DNA from: an uncultured Candidatus Saccharibacteria bacterium
GTDB taxonomy: Bacteria > Patescibacteriota > Saccharimonadia > Saccharimonadales > CAYTTW01
Direction of reading: 5' to 3'
DNA length: 36,487 bases
NCBI GenBank assembly: GCA_964441005.1
Contig: CAYTTW010000001.1
Span: 1-36,487 of the forward strand
Shown: piece by piece, positions 9,665 to 18,697 of the stretch
How positions within the stretch are numbered: position 1 is the first letter of the stretch
How the letters are laid out: each line of letters starts with the position of its first letter
Made by a program: the position numbers and the translations under genes
Notes under the pieces: model-generated
The model's database searches: none
The model's input: the letters and a program-made list of their open reading frames with translations, nothing else
What the model was told of the DNA's origin: nothing

Positions 9665-9760
9665 ACCAGTTTGGCATTCCGAGCGGTACGTGTCCAGCTT
9701 ATTGCTTTTTAAAGAGATGAAATTTGAAACGTAATCTGTTATACTAGTCGGTCGAAGGAG

Positions 9761-10471
9761 ATGTCCGTGAGCGACCAGGATATTGCTATAGTGCTAGAAA
9801 AACGTGAGGTTCTCGGCAAAGCTGTTAAAGGCTTGCGCCGCACTGGTATGGTTCCAGCGGTGATTCATGATCACGGCAAGGATTCAGTGGTGGTTATGGC
9901 ACCATACTTACCGCTCTACAAAGCCTATCAGCAAGCTGGCAAACACCACGCCGTTAATCTCACCGTTGGTGCTCAAAAATACCTCGCCATGATCAAAGAT
10001 GTGGATTTTGAGCCAAAGAAAAATCAACTCCGCCACGTGGTCTTTAATGCCATTGACCGCAATGAAAAGGTTGAGACCGAAGTACCGATCAATTTGGGAG
10101 AAGACTTGCCGGCCGAGCGAGCTGGACTCATGGTGCTGCGGACGCTTGACCATGTGCTCGTCGAAGCCTTACCCGACAAGTTGCCAGACGAAGTAACGGC
10201 CGATGGTAGCGCGCTGGTTGAGATAGGTGATCGTCTAACCGTGGCCGATGTATTGATCCCCGCTGACGTTACCTTGCTCACTGAAGCTGATCAAGTTATC
10301 GCCGTCGTCGAAGAATCCGCTGCCCAGCAAGCGGCCGCGGAAGCGGAAGCCGAAGCGGCTGAGGCCGAAGCTGCCGCTGCAGCCGAGCCCGAGTCAGCAG
10401 CTGATGTGCCATCTGAACACGGTGGTGACAAAGACGAAGAAGCCCCTGAATCTGAAGACCAATCCTCTTAA
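9761..10471 (+). CDS. rplY: 50S ribosomal protein L25/Ctc with an acidic Ala/Glu-rich C-terminal tail
   Basis: L25/Ctc N-terminal domain (RRTGMVPAVIHDHGKDS...) plus the Ctc-type second domain. The tail is AAEAEAEAAEAEAAAAAEPE.., encoded by GAAGCN-like repeats. AAGGAG abuts the ATG at 9761 with zero spacing, so the GTG at 9767 (6-nt spacing) is a plausible true start. Confidence 0.85.
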   Translation: MSVSDQDIAIVLEKREVLGKAVKGLRRTGMVPAVIHDHGKDSVVVMAPYLPLYKAYQQAGKHHAVNLTVGAQKYLAMIKDVDFEPKKNQLRHVVFNAIDRNEKVETEVPINLGEDLPAERAGLMVLRTLDHVLVEALPDKLPDEVTADGSALVEIGDRLTVADVLIPADVTLLTEADQVIAVVEESAAQQAAAEAEAEAAEAEAAAAAEPESAADVPSEHGGDKDEEAPESEDQSS

Positions 10472-10481
10472 AGCAACCGCC

Positions 10482-12260
10482 CTACTCCTCCATAAAGCCA
10501 CCGGATTGGTGAGCCCAGAGTTGAGCATAGACACCATTTTGGCGTAGCAATTCCTTATGCGTCCCAGACTCCACGATCTGGCCATTTTCTAACACCAAAA
10601 TACGATCCATTTTTTGAATGGTACTGAGGCGATGGGCAATAACGATAGCAGTGCGGCCTTCCATTAGCTTCCAGAGAGCGTCTTGAATCAAACCCTCGGA
10701 CTCAGAGTCCAGGGCACTGGTAGCCTCGTCAAGGAGCAGAATTGGTGCATTCTTCAGCATGGCCCGGGCAATGGCGACCCGTTGTCGCTGACCACCAGAC
10801 AATTTTGTCCCGCGTTCACCGACCAGTGTGTCGTAGCCATTTGGCAGATCTTTGACAAACTCGTGGGCGTTAGCCAGTCTGGCTACAGCAGTGACCGCCT
10901 TGTCGCTGGCTTCGAGCTGGCCATAGCGAATATTTTCGGCAATCGAACGGTGAAACATCAAGGGCTCTTGCGACACATAGGCAACATTACGACGCAAACT
11001 CTGCTGCGTCGCCAGCGCAATGTCTTGGCGGTCGATACTAATGCTCCCGGACTGAATATCCATGAGGCGCAAGATTAATTTCGTAAGAGTTGTCTTACCA
11101 CTACCGGAATGTCCAACCAGACCTACCTTTTCGCCTGGCTTAATGTGGAGGCTAAAATCTTGGAACAGCGGCTTGTTCGGTTGCTCGGGATAGAAAAAGG
11201 TCACGTGGTCAAAACGTATATCGCCGCGTACCGCATTCAGCTCACGGGCGTCAGGGACATCCTTAATTTCTGGTGCCAACTGGAGCATCTCGGTCATATC
11301 GTGGGCATCACCAAAACCACGGGTTAGGCTACGCATCAGGTGACCCAACTGCCACAAGCGCCCCAGCAAGTTAAAGGTATAGCTAGCAATCAGGTAAAAC
11401 AGACCAATTTGGGCATGGTGCACTGCCACCATGTACAAGCCAAACATAAAGGCCAACCAGTTTTGGCTGTGATTCAAAATGCTATAGACAGCCTCGTTAG
11501 AAATGGTGATTCGCCGGTTAGCGTAGGTGCGCTTCATGACTTCTGCCGTGCGCCGCTCAAACAACTTGGCCTCGAGCTCTTCATGTGCAAACGTTTTCAC
11601 CGTTTGGACATTAGCAATCATGTCCGCCAATTGGGCGGTTTGCTCAGACTCGGCCGCCGCTTCCTTGACGTTAAAGGGTTGCTGACGGCGGGTCCGCTTG
11701 AGTAGTAACGCCACGTAGACAGCGCTGATCGCCAGAAAAAGCCCCACGTAAAGCGGTGCTTTGGGCAGCAGAATGACAATGGTGGCGATAAAGGCCACAA
11801 TGTTGGTCCAGACACTAAAGGCAAACTCGTCAAAGAGACGCTCAAAGGCGTTTATAAATTTAGTCGTTTGGGACACGATTGCCCCACCAAAGCGGTTGGC
11901 ATGGAAGGCGTAGGATTGCGCGGTCAAAAAGTTAAAGCAGCGTTCGGCTAGCTCGCGCTTCACCACCGTTTCAAAACCCCACAGGAGCCACACGCTCAGC
12001 CGCCAACAGATGTTGGTAATTAACAGTAGTCCAGCATAAAGAGCCAGTGTTGGCCCAAAAGTTCCCCAGAAATTGTGAATATGGCCGTCATGGGCGCTCA
12101 GGGCATTAAAAGCATTAGCAACCAAGAGTGGCGCGATGAATTGATCAGACAACATGCCAATAGTACTGGTGCCAAAAATGGCCACCAGCATACCTTTGCG
12201 TTGACGCATATGTTGCCAATAGAGCGACAGTGTTTGTCGCGGTATAGAAGCTTGTTTCAT
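10482..12260 (-). CDS. ABC transporter, fused permease/ATPase (MsbA/exporter type)
   Basis: N-terminal six-helix-type TMD, Walker A GHSGSGKTT, signature LSGGQRQR, Walker B ILLLDEATSALD. The SD GAGGAGG lies about 9 nt upstream of the ATG. Confidence 0.93.
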   Translation of the reverse strand: MKQASIPRQTLSLYWQHMRQRKGMLVAIFGTSTIGMLSDQFIAPLLVANAFNALSAHDGHIHNFWGTFGPTLALYAGLLLITNICWRLSVWLLWGFETVVKRELAERCFNFLTAQSYAFHANRFGGAIVSQTTKFINAFERLFDEFAFSVWTNIVAFIATIVILLPKAPLYVGLFLAISAVYVALLLKRTRRQQPFNVKEAAAESEQTAQLADMIANVQTVKTFAHEELEAKLFERRTAEVMKRTYANRRITISNEAVYSILNHSQNWLAFMFGLYMVAVHHAQIGLFYLIASYTFNLLGRLWQLGHLMRSLTRGFGDAHDMTEMLQLAPEIKDVPDARELNAVRGDIRFDHVTFFYPEQPNKPLFQDFSLHIKPGEKVGLVGHSGSGKTTLTKLILRLMDIQSGSISIDRQDIALATQQSLRRNVAYVSQEPLMFHRSIAENIRYGQLEASDKAVTAVARLANAHEFVKDLPNGYDTLVGERGTKLSGGQRQRVAIARAMLKNAPILLLDEATSALDSESEGLIQDALWKLMEGRTAIVIAHRLSTIQKMDRILVLENGQIVESGTHKELLRQNGVYAQLWAHQSGGFMEE

Positions 12261-12458
12261 AGCCGGTCCGCCTCCTCGCGGGGGCCATTACGTGGTGAAA
12301 ATTTAAGGGTGTTTTGGTTTGAACAAGGAGTGACTTAGGCCGTCACGCGGACGGCTTGGCCACACCGAATTACAGTAGGTACTAACATTTTTTAGCCGCC
12401 CTTTCCTTTACATTAATAGGCTTGTGAAAGTATAACATGCTTGTCAACAGATACAAAA

Positions 12459-12488
12459 TTGATGTCATTTTTACCCGTCTGGTACAAT
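12459..12488 (+). promoter_or_regulatory. Promoter of trhO
   Basis: TTGATG (12459-12464), 18-nt spacer, TACAAT (12483-12488). The ATG lies 13 nt after the -10 with no SD, so the leader would be very short. Confidence 0.5.
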
Positions 12489-12501
12489 ACCTGACGGCTC
12501 T

Positions 12502-13374
12502 ATGGAAAAGATTATTTTGTACTACAAATTTGTACCCATTGCTGACCCGGAGACGGTGCGTTTATGGCAACGCGCCTTGTGCGAACAACTTGGCCTCAAA
12601 GGCCGTATATTAATTAGCAACAAAGGCCTGAACGGGACACTGGGCGGCACTATTGCTGCACTAAAGCACTACAAGCGGGCCATGAGTGAACATTCACTTT
12701 TTGGCGGTATTCACTATAAGTGGAGTGATGGCTCGGCCAGTGATTTTCCCAAGCTCAGTATTAAAGCGCGTCCGGAAACGGTCACGCTGGGCTGGGAGCC
12801 ACCGGTCGATGAGCAGGGTATAGTCGATGGTGGCCATCGGCTCAAACCGAAGCAACTGCACGAGTTTATTCGTCAGCATCCCGACGCCGTGTTATTTGAT
12901 GGCCGTAATGAATATGAAAGCGCCATCGGCAAATTCAAAAACGCTGTCACGCCGGCGGTCAAACACTTTCGTGATTTTCCGGCGGAGCTCGACAAGCCGC
13001 AGTATCAGGAACTCAAAACCAAACCAGTTGTTACCTATTGTACGGGCGGTATTCGCTGCGAAAGTCTCAGCGCGCTCATGAAGCAAAAGAGGTTCCAGGA
13101 GGTCTATCAGCTCGACGGCGGCATTGTCAGCTATGGTGAAGAGTTTGCTGATGATGGACTGTGGGAGGGTCAGTGCTTTGTGTTTGATAAGCGCATGAGC
13201 GTCAGCTTTTCAGCTTCGTCAAAAGATATCGGTGCTTGTATCCATTGCCAGGGTAAAACCAGTCGATATATTAACTGTGCTAATAAGGCTTGTAATCGGC
13301 TGATGCTCGTCTGTCCTGACTGTCAGCAAGAGGCGGTATGCAGTCCGAGCTGTCAGGCAGCGGTGACTGTCTAA
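12502..13374 (+). CDS. trhO: Rhodanese-domain protein of the UPF0176/YceA family (tRNA U34 hydroxylase TrhO-like)
   Basis: UPF0176 N-terminal region (ILYYKFVPIADPE), a rhodanese active-site loop (YCTGGIRCE), and a Cys-rich C-terminal tail (CIHCQG..CANKACN..CPDCQ). Confidence 0.85.
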   Translation: MEKIILYYKFVPIADPETVRLWQRALCEQLGLKGRILISNKGLNGTLGGTIAALKHYKRAMSEHSLFGGIHYKWSDGSASDFPKLSIKARPETVTLGWEPPVDEQGIVDGGHRLKPKQLHEFIRQHPDAVLFDGRNEYESAIGKFKNAVTPAVKHFRDFPAELDKPQYQELKTKPVVTYCTGGIRCESLSALMKQKRFQEVYQLDGGIVSYGEEFADDGLWEGQCFVFDKRMSVSFSASSKDIGACIHCQGKTSRYINCANKACNRLMLVCPDCQQEAVCSPSCQAAVTV

Positions 13375-13425
13375 TTTCATCTCTATTTGACTGACCGGTA
13401 TAGAATATTGTAGAAGGAGTTTACG

Positions 13426-14061
13426 ATGGCACCGGCTAGGAGACATTATGAAGTGGGAGGTGGATGGAAGGGGCTGGACCTAAGTGGTCAGAATAGGCCA
13501 CACGGTAGTGAAAGTAATACACGTGGCCTGGCGAAAGCTTTGGGTCTGGGAACGGCTGGCGTTATGGGACTCGTGGGGGCTGGCGAGTTTATTGTGGGGT
13601 ACCATACGGTGGCCCTTGGCTCGGAGTTATTTGCCATGGGGGCATTGAGCTTGCCGTTTGAACGTGTCAGTCGCAATAAATGGGCAGTTGCCTTAGCGAC
13701 TGGCAGTTTTGCCGTGGGGTCTTGGCTCGGCATCGTCAAGCCGGTCATGAATCTGCATCACGAGAGCCCAAAAACAGAGCAGGTGACTACCCCAACCACT
13801 ACGACAACGCCCAAAACAACCGAGGCGACGGTGTTATTTTTGCCAGACGTGGTGAACCAGCCGCCGTTATTTCCAACTCCCTGTCACGACGTACCGCCTC
13901 ATACGGTTCAGCCTGGCGAAAGCATTTCCTCAATTCTCGCTGATAAAGTTCACGGCGAGGGCTACACGCCGGCCCAGCTAGCAGCTATTTTTAAAGCCGA
14001 TTCATCACTCAAAATTGACGCTATCAAACAAGACCAAGTCATCGATTTTAATTGCCCGTAA
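13426..14061 (+). CDS. Membrane protein with Thr-rich linker and C-terminal LysM-like module
   Basis: AAGGAG lies 6 nt upstream of the ATG. Gly/Ala-rich hydrophobic segments (aa ~38-105) are followed by a TTPTTTTTPKTTE linker. The C-terminus (HTVQPGESISSILADKV...IKQDQVIDF) resembles a LysM repeat. Confidence 0.7.
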   Translation: MAPARRHYEVGGGWKGLDLSGQNRPHGSESNTRGLAKALGLGTAGVMGLVGAGEFIVGYHTVALGSELFAMGALSLPFERVSRNKWAVALATGSFAVGSWLGIVKPVMNLHHESPKTEQVTTPTTTTTPKTTEATVLFLPDVVNQPPLFPTPCHDVPPHTVQPGESISSILADKVHGEGYTPAQLAAIFKADSSLKIDAIKQDQVIDFNCP

Positions 14062-14062
14062 G

Positions 14063-16081
14063 CTAGTCTTTGTTGCCAATCACGCAATTAGGATCGAGAG
14101 GCATAGCGCGGAGAAAATTAGTCGCCACCTCGGTTGGGGTGCCGGCCCCGAAATGACCAGGCATGGGGGTGTTTCGATCGGGAAAACCTTCCCAAACCGA
14201 CACCACGCCAAGACAGTTGACGACGGTAAAGCGGGCATCAGCGTTATTTTCGGTCGTTCCGGTTTTAGCGGCAAAGCCGTTGGGGTCAACTTCCTCGTCC
14301 AAATGAAAGGTGCGGCCAGTGCCATCATCATGAACTACCGCCTTCATAGCTTCAGCCACCTGCACTGTAATGTTGTGGGGCACAACTTGGTCGCCGGTGG
14401 TAAAAACGTGGGGGATATTGCTGGCGTCGAGTGTAACGTGGTCAACCGTGTAGCTGGGTGTCGTTTGGCCGTGGTTGAGGATAAAGCTGTTATAAGCCGT
14501 CGCCAGACCGCGGGTTGAACTCGGCAAGGTCCCGAGTACGCTGGAGAATGGTACATAGGATGTGTCAACATCGAGCCCCAGTTGCTTGGCAATTTCAAAC
14601 GGGGCGCTGACACCGTAGCGCTGGGCGACCTGAACGGCTACGATGTTGGACGATTTGGCTACAAATTCTTTGAGACTGCAGCTGTCGCCGGCACATTCCT
14701 TGCCCTTCACAGGATAATCTTCACCGTTATTAACTTTGGGAATCACAATGGTCTCCGGTTCGGGGTAGCGCGTATCGAGCGTCTCGCCATGCATTAAGGC
14801 TACGGCCAGGAAGAACGGCTTATCACTGGAACCGACCTGACGCAGTGCGTCGGCAAGGTTGTATTCCGAATTGCCACGACCACCAATTACGGCTTGAACA
14901 GCCCCGCTGGGGTCGACAAAGGTTAGAGCTAGTTCCGGATCACCGCTGTGATAGCCAATAGCGTCAACGGCTGCCACGGCTCGCTGCTGAATGTCACCGA
15001 CTAAGGTTGATACTACCCGGGCGCCAATAAAATCTTTGGCCAGGTCAATTTTCTGAAGCTTCTTGGGGTTTTGCTCGGCTAGTTTTTGATTAATAAGAGC
15101 CTCGGCCTCTTTTTTGGCATCGGCCACAAAGTACTGGGCCCTGAGCCCGGCGGCGGTTACGACGTACATGCCGGCGACTTTACGCGTAGCAATCGGGTTG
15201 GGACGTACATACTCGGTGAGGGGGTGCAGACGATGATCAAGCCATGGAGTATAGAGGTTGGCATGTTTGGGATCGCACTTGATAAGATCACGGAGAACTT
15301 CGCTTTGAGCGCCAGCCAAGGTTTTCATCTCTTTTGAGCTGGCGTAATCATCCATCCGGGAGGGGGCCCGAATTAAGCCGGCTAAGACCGCCGCCTGAGG
15401 AATAGTGAGTTTATTAGGCGTAGTACCAAAGTATTTACGGCTGGCCATGACGATGCCGCGAGCGTTACGGCCATAGTCAATGCGATCCATAAAGTCACGC
15501 TCAATTTTGACCTTTTTCTCGGCCAACGTGCCGGGCATATCTTGCTCCATTCGCCGGGCCACCTGAATTTCGTGAGCTTTTTCTTTTAATGACAAGTTTT
15601 CTCGTGGCATACCTTCAAAACGCCAGCTGGCATCGTCCATTTCGATGGTGGAGGCCCCTTGCCATGTTGGTTTTGGCTTTAAGCCCAATTTCATGGCTAC
15701 CCACCCAACAAAATCGTGCTTGGCGGCACGGAACAAAGCCTTAGTATCGGCCGCGTCATCACGCTCGACGTAACGAACATCCTCACGGCAAATCAGGGCC
15801 ATGGACATAGTATCGGCTATGGGTTGATCGCCAAGTGGTTCGTACTCGGCTTCCCCAGCATATGCCAAGGCATTAGCTGGAGTGCAGTTGGGAATGTTGG
15901 CTGGGCATATGAGGTTAATAAGCCCACCGGCTGGTGTGGTTTTAGGCATCTCGGCAGCTGGTAAAGGGTCGAGGGCCCCATTTGGTGAAGGCACCCGGTT
16001 TTCCACCACATAATTGTGGTAACCCAGTCCCAGCCCAGCGCCGGCCGCCAATGTCAAAGCTGCAAATGCTTTTAGCGCCAT
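14063..16081 (-). CDS. Divergent class-A penicillin-binding protein (GT51 glycosyltransferase + transpeptidase)
   Basis: N-terminal signal/anchor. GT51-like motifs: REDVRYVERDD, GASTIEMD, KEKAHEIQVARRME, KYFGTTPNKLTIPQAAVLAGLIRAPS. Transpeptidase motifs: SSDK (SxxK), SSN (SxN), KTGTT. The SD overlaps the stop of the upstream gene. Confidence 0.85.
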   Translation of the reverse strand: MALKAFAALTLAAGAGLGLGYHNYVVENRVPSPNGALDPLPAAEMPKTTPAGGLINLICPANIPNCTPANALAYAGEAEYEPLGDQPIADTMSMALICREDVRYVERDDAADTKALFRAAKHDFVGWVAMKLGLKPKPTWQGASTIEMDDASWRFEGMPRENLSLKEKAHEIQVARRMEQDMPGTLAEKKVKIERDFMDRIDYGRNARGIVMASRKYFGTTPNKLTIPQAAVLAGLIRAPSRMDDYASSKEMKTLAGAQSEVLRDLIKCDPKHANLYTPWLDHRLHPLTEYVRPNPIATRKVAGMYVVTAAGLRAQYFVADAKKEAEALINQKLAEQNPKKLQKIDLAKDFIGARVVSTLVGDIQQRAVAAVDAIGYHSGDPELALTFVDPSGAVQAVIGGRGNSEYNLADALRQVGSSDKPFFLAVALMHGETLDTRYPEPETIVIPKVNNGEDYPVKGKECAGDSCSLKEFVAKSSNIVAVQVAQRYGVSAPFEIAKQLGLDVDTSYVPFSSVLGTLPSSTRGLATAYNSFILNHGQTTPSYTVDHVTLDASNIPHVFTTGDQVVPHNITVQVAEAMKAVVHDDGTGRTFHLDEEVDPNGFAAKTGTTENNADARFTVVNCLGVVSVWEGFPDRNTPMPGHFGAGTPTEVATNFLRAMPLDPNCVIGNKD

Positions 16082-16093
16082 ATAGTCGTGTCC

Positions 16094-17218
16094 TTAGGCC
16101 GCAACGCGTCTGAGTAAGGGATTATTGGATTCCATCTGGCCAGTTGCCGGATTGAAGCCGTTGGGAACACGCTCAGCACCCATTGTCTTGATCCAGCCAA
16201 AGTCAATCGCTGTGGTGTTATTGGCTGCAAACGTCGTGGAATCCAGGCAGTACTTTTCGTCAAAGGTCAGGTGCGGCATATAGCTGTATAGTTGGGCTTG
16301 ATCGCTATAGGCTTGGTTAATGTCCACACCGGGGACAAACGGGTGGCTATCGTCAATCAGAACATCGACATTTTGCGGGGTAATGCCATGAGCCGAGGAG
16401 GCGACCGCACGAGCGTGGGCCCGAACCAATATTGACATGGCTTCATGGGCGGAGACAGGTGGTTTCCCAGGTTCACTGAAGGCGGGGATCAAGACCTGTT
16501 CAACCGGGCAGGCCGTGTCATTGGCAATAATGCTGACGGTCCTCAAAATGCTGCGCGCTAAGTTATTATTGTTGTCGGCACCAAGCAGGGGCAAGCCATT
16601 AAACCACCCTGTTTTCAGTGATGTATCAATACAGCCGCCAAATTGCGGATCGTCCTCTTTGACAGCACACTGTAAGTCAGTCGGACTCGTACCCGACGAC
16701 ACATCTGGCAATGGAGTGTAAAACTTCAGGCTAGAGATATCGATACCTTGGCCATTATCACCGCTGACAGTCCATACTCCTTTGCCGTTATTCTGACCTT
16801 CTGCATGGGTGAGGTTTGGCAAGACAATCCGCGTGACTAAATCCGCATCAATCCGCGCCTTTGAAGTGTCAACGACGCGGTGTCGACTTTGCTTGACGTC
16901 GTGGAAGCGGACCCACTTACCAACTTCTTCATCGGTCTCGAGCGAAAATGTATTACTAATTTGACTCTTACGTGCCGCGAAGACCAGCTTGCAGTCCACT
17001 GAGCCTAAAATGGCATGCCCCAAACCAGCAGCGTGATTGGCTTCACCGCGGAAGTCGCAGACACGTTCTCGCACTGGGTCCATGACTTTGCCTTCGATTT
17101 TTGGCAGAGAATTAACTAAGGTAGCACCTGCCGCCAAGAACGCGACGAGACCACTGCCCAGCAAGATCTTGCCTTTGCTGCGTATGCGGGTTTTGACTTC
17201 AGGGTAACGGTCAACCAT
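16094..17218 (-). CDS. Bitopic membrane protein with Cys-containing ectodomain (374 aa), distant paralogue of the 404-aa neighbour
   Basis: Short N-terminal tail, one TM segment (ILLGSGLVAFLAAGATLV), and six Cys in the ectodomain. GAGG overlaps the upstream stop, with an 8-nt gap to the previous gene. The family is not recognised. Confidence 0.75.
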   Translation of the reverse strand: MVDRYPEVKTRIRSKGKILLGSGLVAFLAAGATLVNSLPKIEGKVMDPVRERVCDFRGEANHAAGLGHAILGSVDCKLVFAARKSQISNTFSLETDEEVGKWVRFHDVKQSRHRVVDTSKARIDADLVTRIVLPNLTHAEGQNNGKGVWTVSGDNGQGIDISSLKFYTPLPDVSSGTSPTDLQCAVKEDDPQFGGCIDTSLKTGWFNGLPLLGADNNNNLARSILRTVSIIANDTACPVEQVLIPAFSEPGKPPVSAHEAMSILVRAHARAVASSAHGITPQNVDVLIDDSHPFVPGVDINQAYSDQAQLYSYMPHLTFDEKYCLDSTTFAANNTTAIDFGWIKTMGAERVPNGFNPATGQMESNNPLLRRVAA

Positions 17219-17226
17219 AGAGACCT

Positions 17227-18441
17227 CTAGAAAAGTGCAATCTGTTTATTTTTAAATTCATTGGGCAAAGCCCCTCGCCGTTGCTGATCGCGGGCCTCAT
17301 CGATGAGGGTGCCCCCTTCACCATCTGGAAAGACGCCGAGTTTAACCGATTCTCCCCCGAGCATTTTGACCTGATCTATATAGCTCATAAGCGAATGGGT
17401 ATCGATAAACGGATGATTATTATTGTAGCCATCAATACCAGCCAGCGAGCACCATTGGTCAAGCTTGGTACCGGTGGTTTTGCTGTCAAAAGGCGACACT
17501 ACTTGTTTGTCGTGGGCATGAGCTTCAGCCAGTCGTTGGCTAACAGGCGTCGTATTGGACGGATTGAGACGGAGCTCACCCATGTTGAAATTGACGACTG
17601 ATGGGGGGATACCATAGTTGGCCCAGAGATATTGACGAACGGCACTCCGCAAGCTCCAGCTAAAATCGATACCTTGGGGCTTAAAGATGTATTCCTCCAA
17701 ACAGTATTTGTCGGTCAGGAAGAGACGCAGCGACTTCATCGACTCATCAATAACGTCACTATCACTACTTAATAAACCACGCGAATTCGCATCAATATCA
17801 TAGCGGCCCACATAATTCTTGCCAGTGGGATCAACGCCTTGGCATACAAAAATGCGTGCGCCAGCACTATCTTTACTATCACAGACCTGGCCCAGTAGGG
17901 GCTCCATAACAAGATCGCCAATAGTAATGCCATTATCACTACCATCTTCACCGCGCTGGGTCACTCTTAAGGATTCCTCTTGCCAGTCGTAGCTCAATTT
18001 AGCCATATCCGGGAAGTAGAGTCCGACTTTTGTGTCGGCCACAGTTACAGCGTAGGGGTTGTTACCAATTGTGTCTTTCTCGCCCCGCCCCAGTGCATAC
18101 ATGGGAACCATACCTATATAGCCACTGGGTGAACGAACATCGAGTCCTTTAAAAGCTGAGCCTGCCTTGGCCTTATTGACTGGATCATTCAAATGAATAT
18201 CGGCATTCATAATACTGACCCCAACCGCACAAGCCACTGCGGCCAACCAAGCCACCGCACCTTTAGCACGGTGGTTACCATTATTAATAATAATGTTATG
18301 GCGGTACGGTGGTGGCTGGTCATAGTACTGATCAGCGTATTGATTAGCATAGTACGGTGCTGGCGCCTCCCATTGCTCAGGAGGTAGCTGCCCACGATCA
18401 ATATCCTGGTAGTCGGTGTTCTCGTACGCTGGTCCGCGCAT
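17227..18441 (-). CDS. Bitopic membrane protein with Tyr/Gln/Pro-rich cytoplasmic tail and Cys-containing ectodomain (404 aa)
   Basis: The SD AAGAGG lies 5 nt upstream of the ATG. The tail is YENTDYQDIDRGQLPPEQWEAPAPYYANQYADQYYDQPPPY, followed by a TM segment (AVAWLAAVACAVGVSIM). The four ectodomain Cys are colinear with four of the six in the 374-aa protein. Confidence 0.75.
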   Translation of the reverse strand: MRGPAYENTDYQDIDRGQLPPEQWEAPAPYYANQYADQYYDQPPPYRHNIIINNGNHRAKGAVAWLAAVACAVGVSIMNADIHLNDPVNKAKAGSAFKGLDVRSPSGYIGMVPMYALGRGEKDTIGNNPYAVTVADTKVGLYFPDMAKLSYDWQEESLRVTQRGEDGSDNGITIGDLVMEPLLGQVCDSKDSAGARIFVCQGVDPTGKNYVGRYDIDANSRGLLSSDSDVIDESMKSLRLFLTDKYCLEEYIFKPQGIDFSWSLRSAVRQYLWANYGIPPSVVNFNMGELRLNPSNTTPVSQRLAEAHAHDKQVVSPFDSKTTGTKLDQWCSLAGIDGYNNNHPFIDTHSLMSYIDQVKMLGGESVKLGVFPDGEGGTLIDEARDQQRRGALPNEFKNKQIALF

Positions 18442-18612
18442 TGATGCCTCTTTCTAACTCATGCACCTATCATTATACGACTGGCTTCGTCTAGTTCGTA
18501 GTGTCAGTCCGTACTCAGACTGGCTACTCTTACGATAGTATATTGTTTGTGAATTTACAACTTTAGGGTCTCAAATTGCTTTTTTAGTGCGTATCGTTTT
18601 TTGTAACAGGGG

Positions 18613-18672
18613 CAGTACTTTGACAAATGAGGCGGACTGTACTTTAATAAGACTGATTTGGTCAGTACTTTG
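18613..18672 (+). repeat. Three direct copies of a (C)(A/T)GTACTTT(G/A) element overlying the promoter of the 261-aa/884-aa operon
   Basis: CAGTACTTTG at 18613-18622, CTGTACTTTA at 18637-18646, CAGTACTTTG at 18663-18672. Spacing is 24 and 26 bp. Confidence 0.6.
18620..18648 (+). promoter_or_regulatory. Near-consensus sigma70 promoter for the 261-aa/884-aa operon
   Basis: TTGACA (18620-18625), 17-nt spacer, TTTAAT (18643-18648). The ATG at 18698 is preceded by AAGGG. Confidence 0.55.
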
Positions 18673-18697
18673 GAGTGTCTAACGAATAAGGGTAATA

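Noticed and set aside
14015-14518. 167-aa plus-strand ORF overlapping the 3' end of the PBP gene
   Set aside because: It is antisense to the KTGTT-containing transpeptidase region of a confidently called PBP, and it has no SD.
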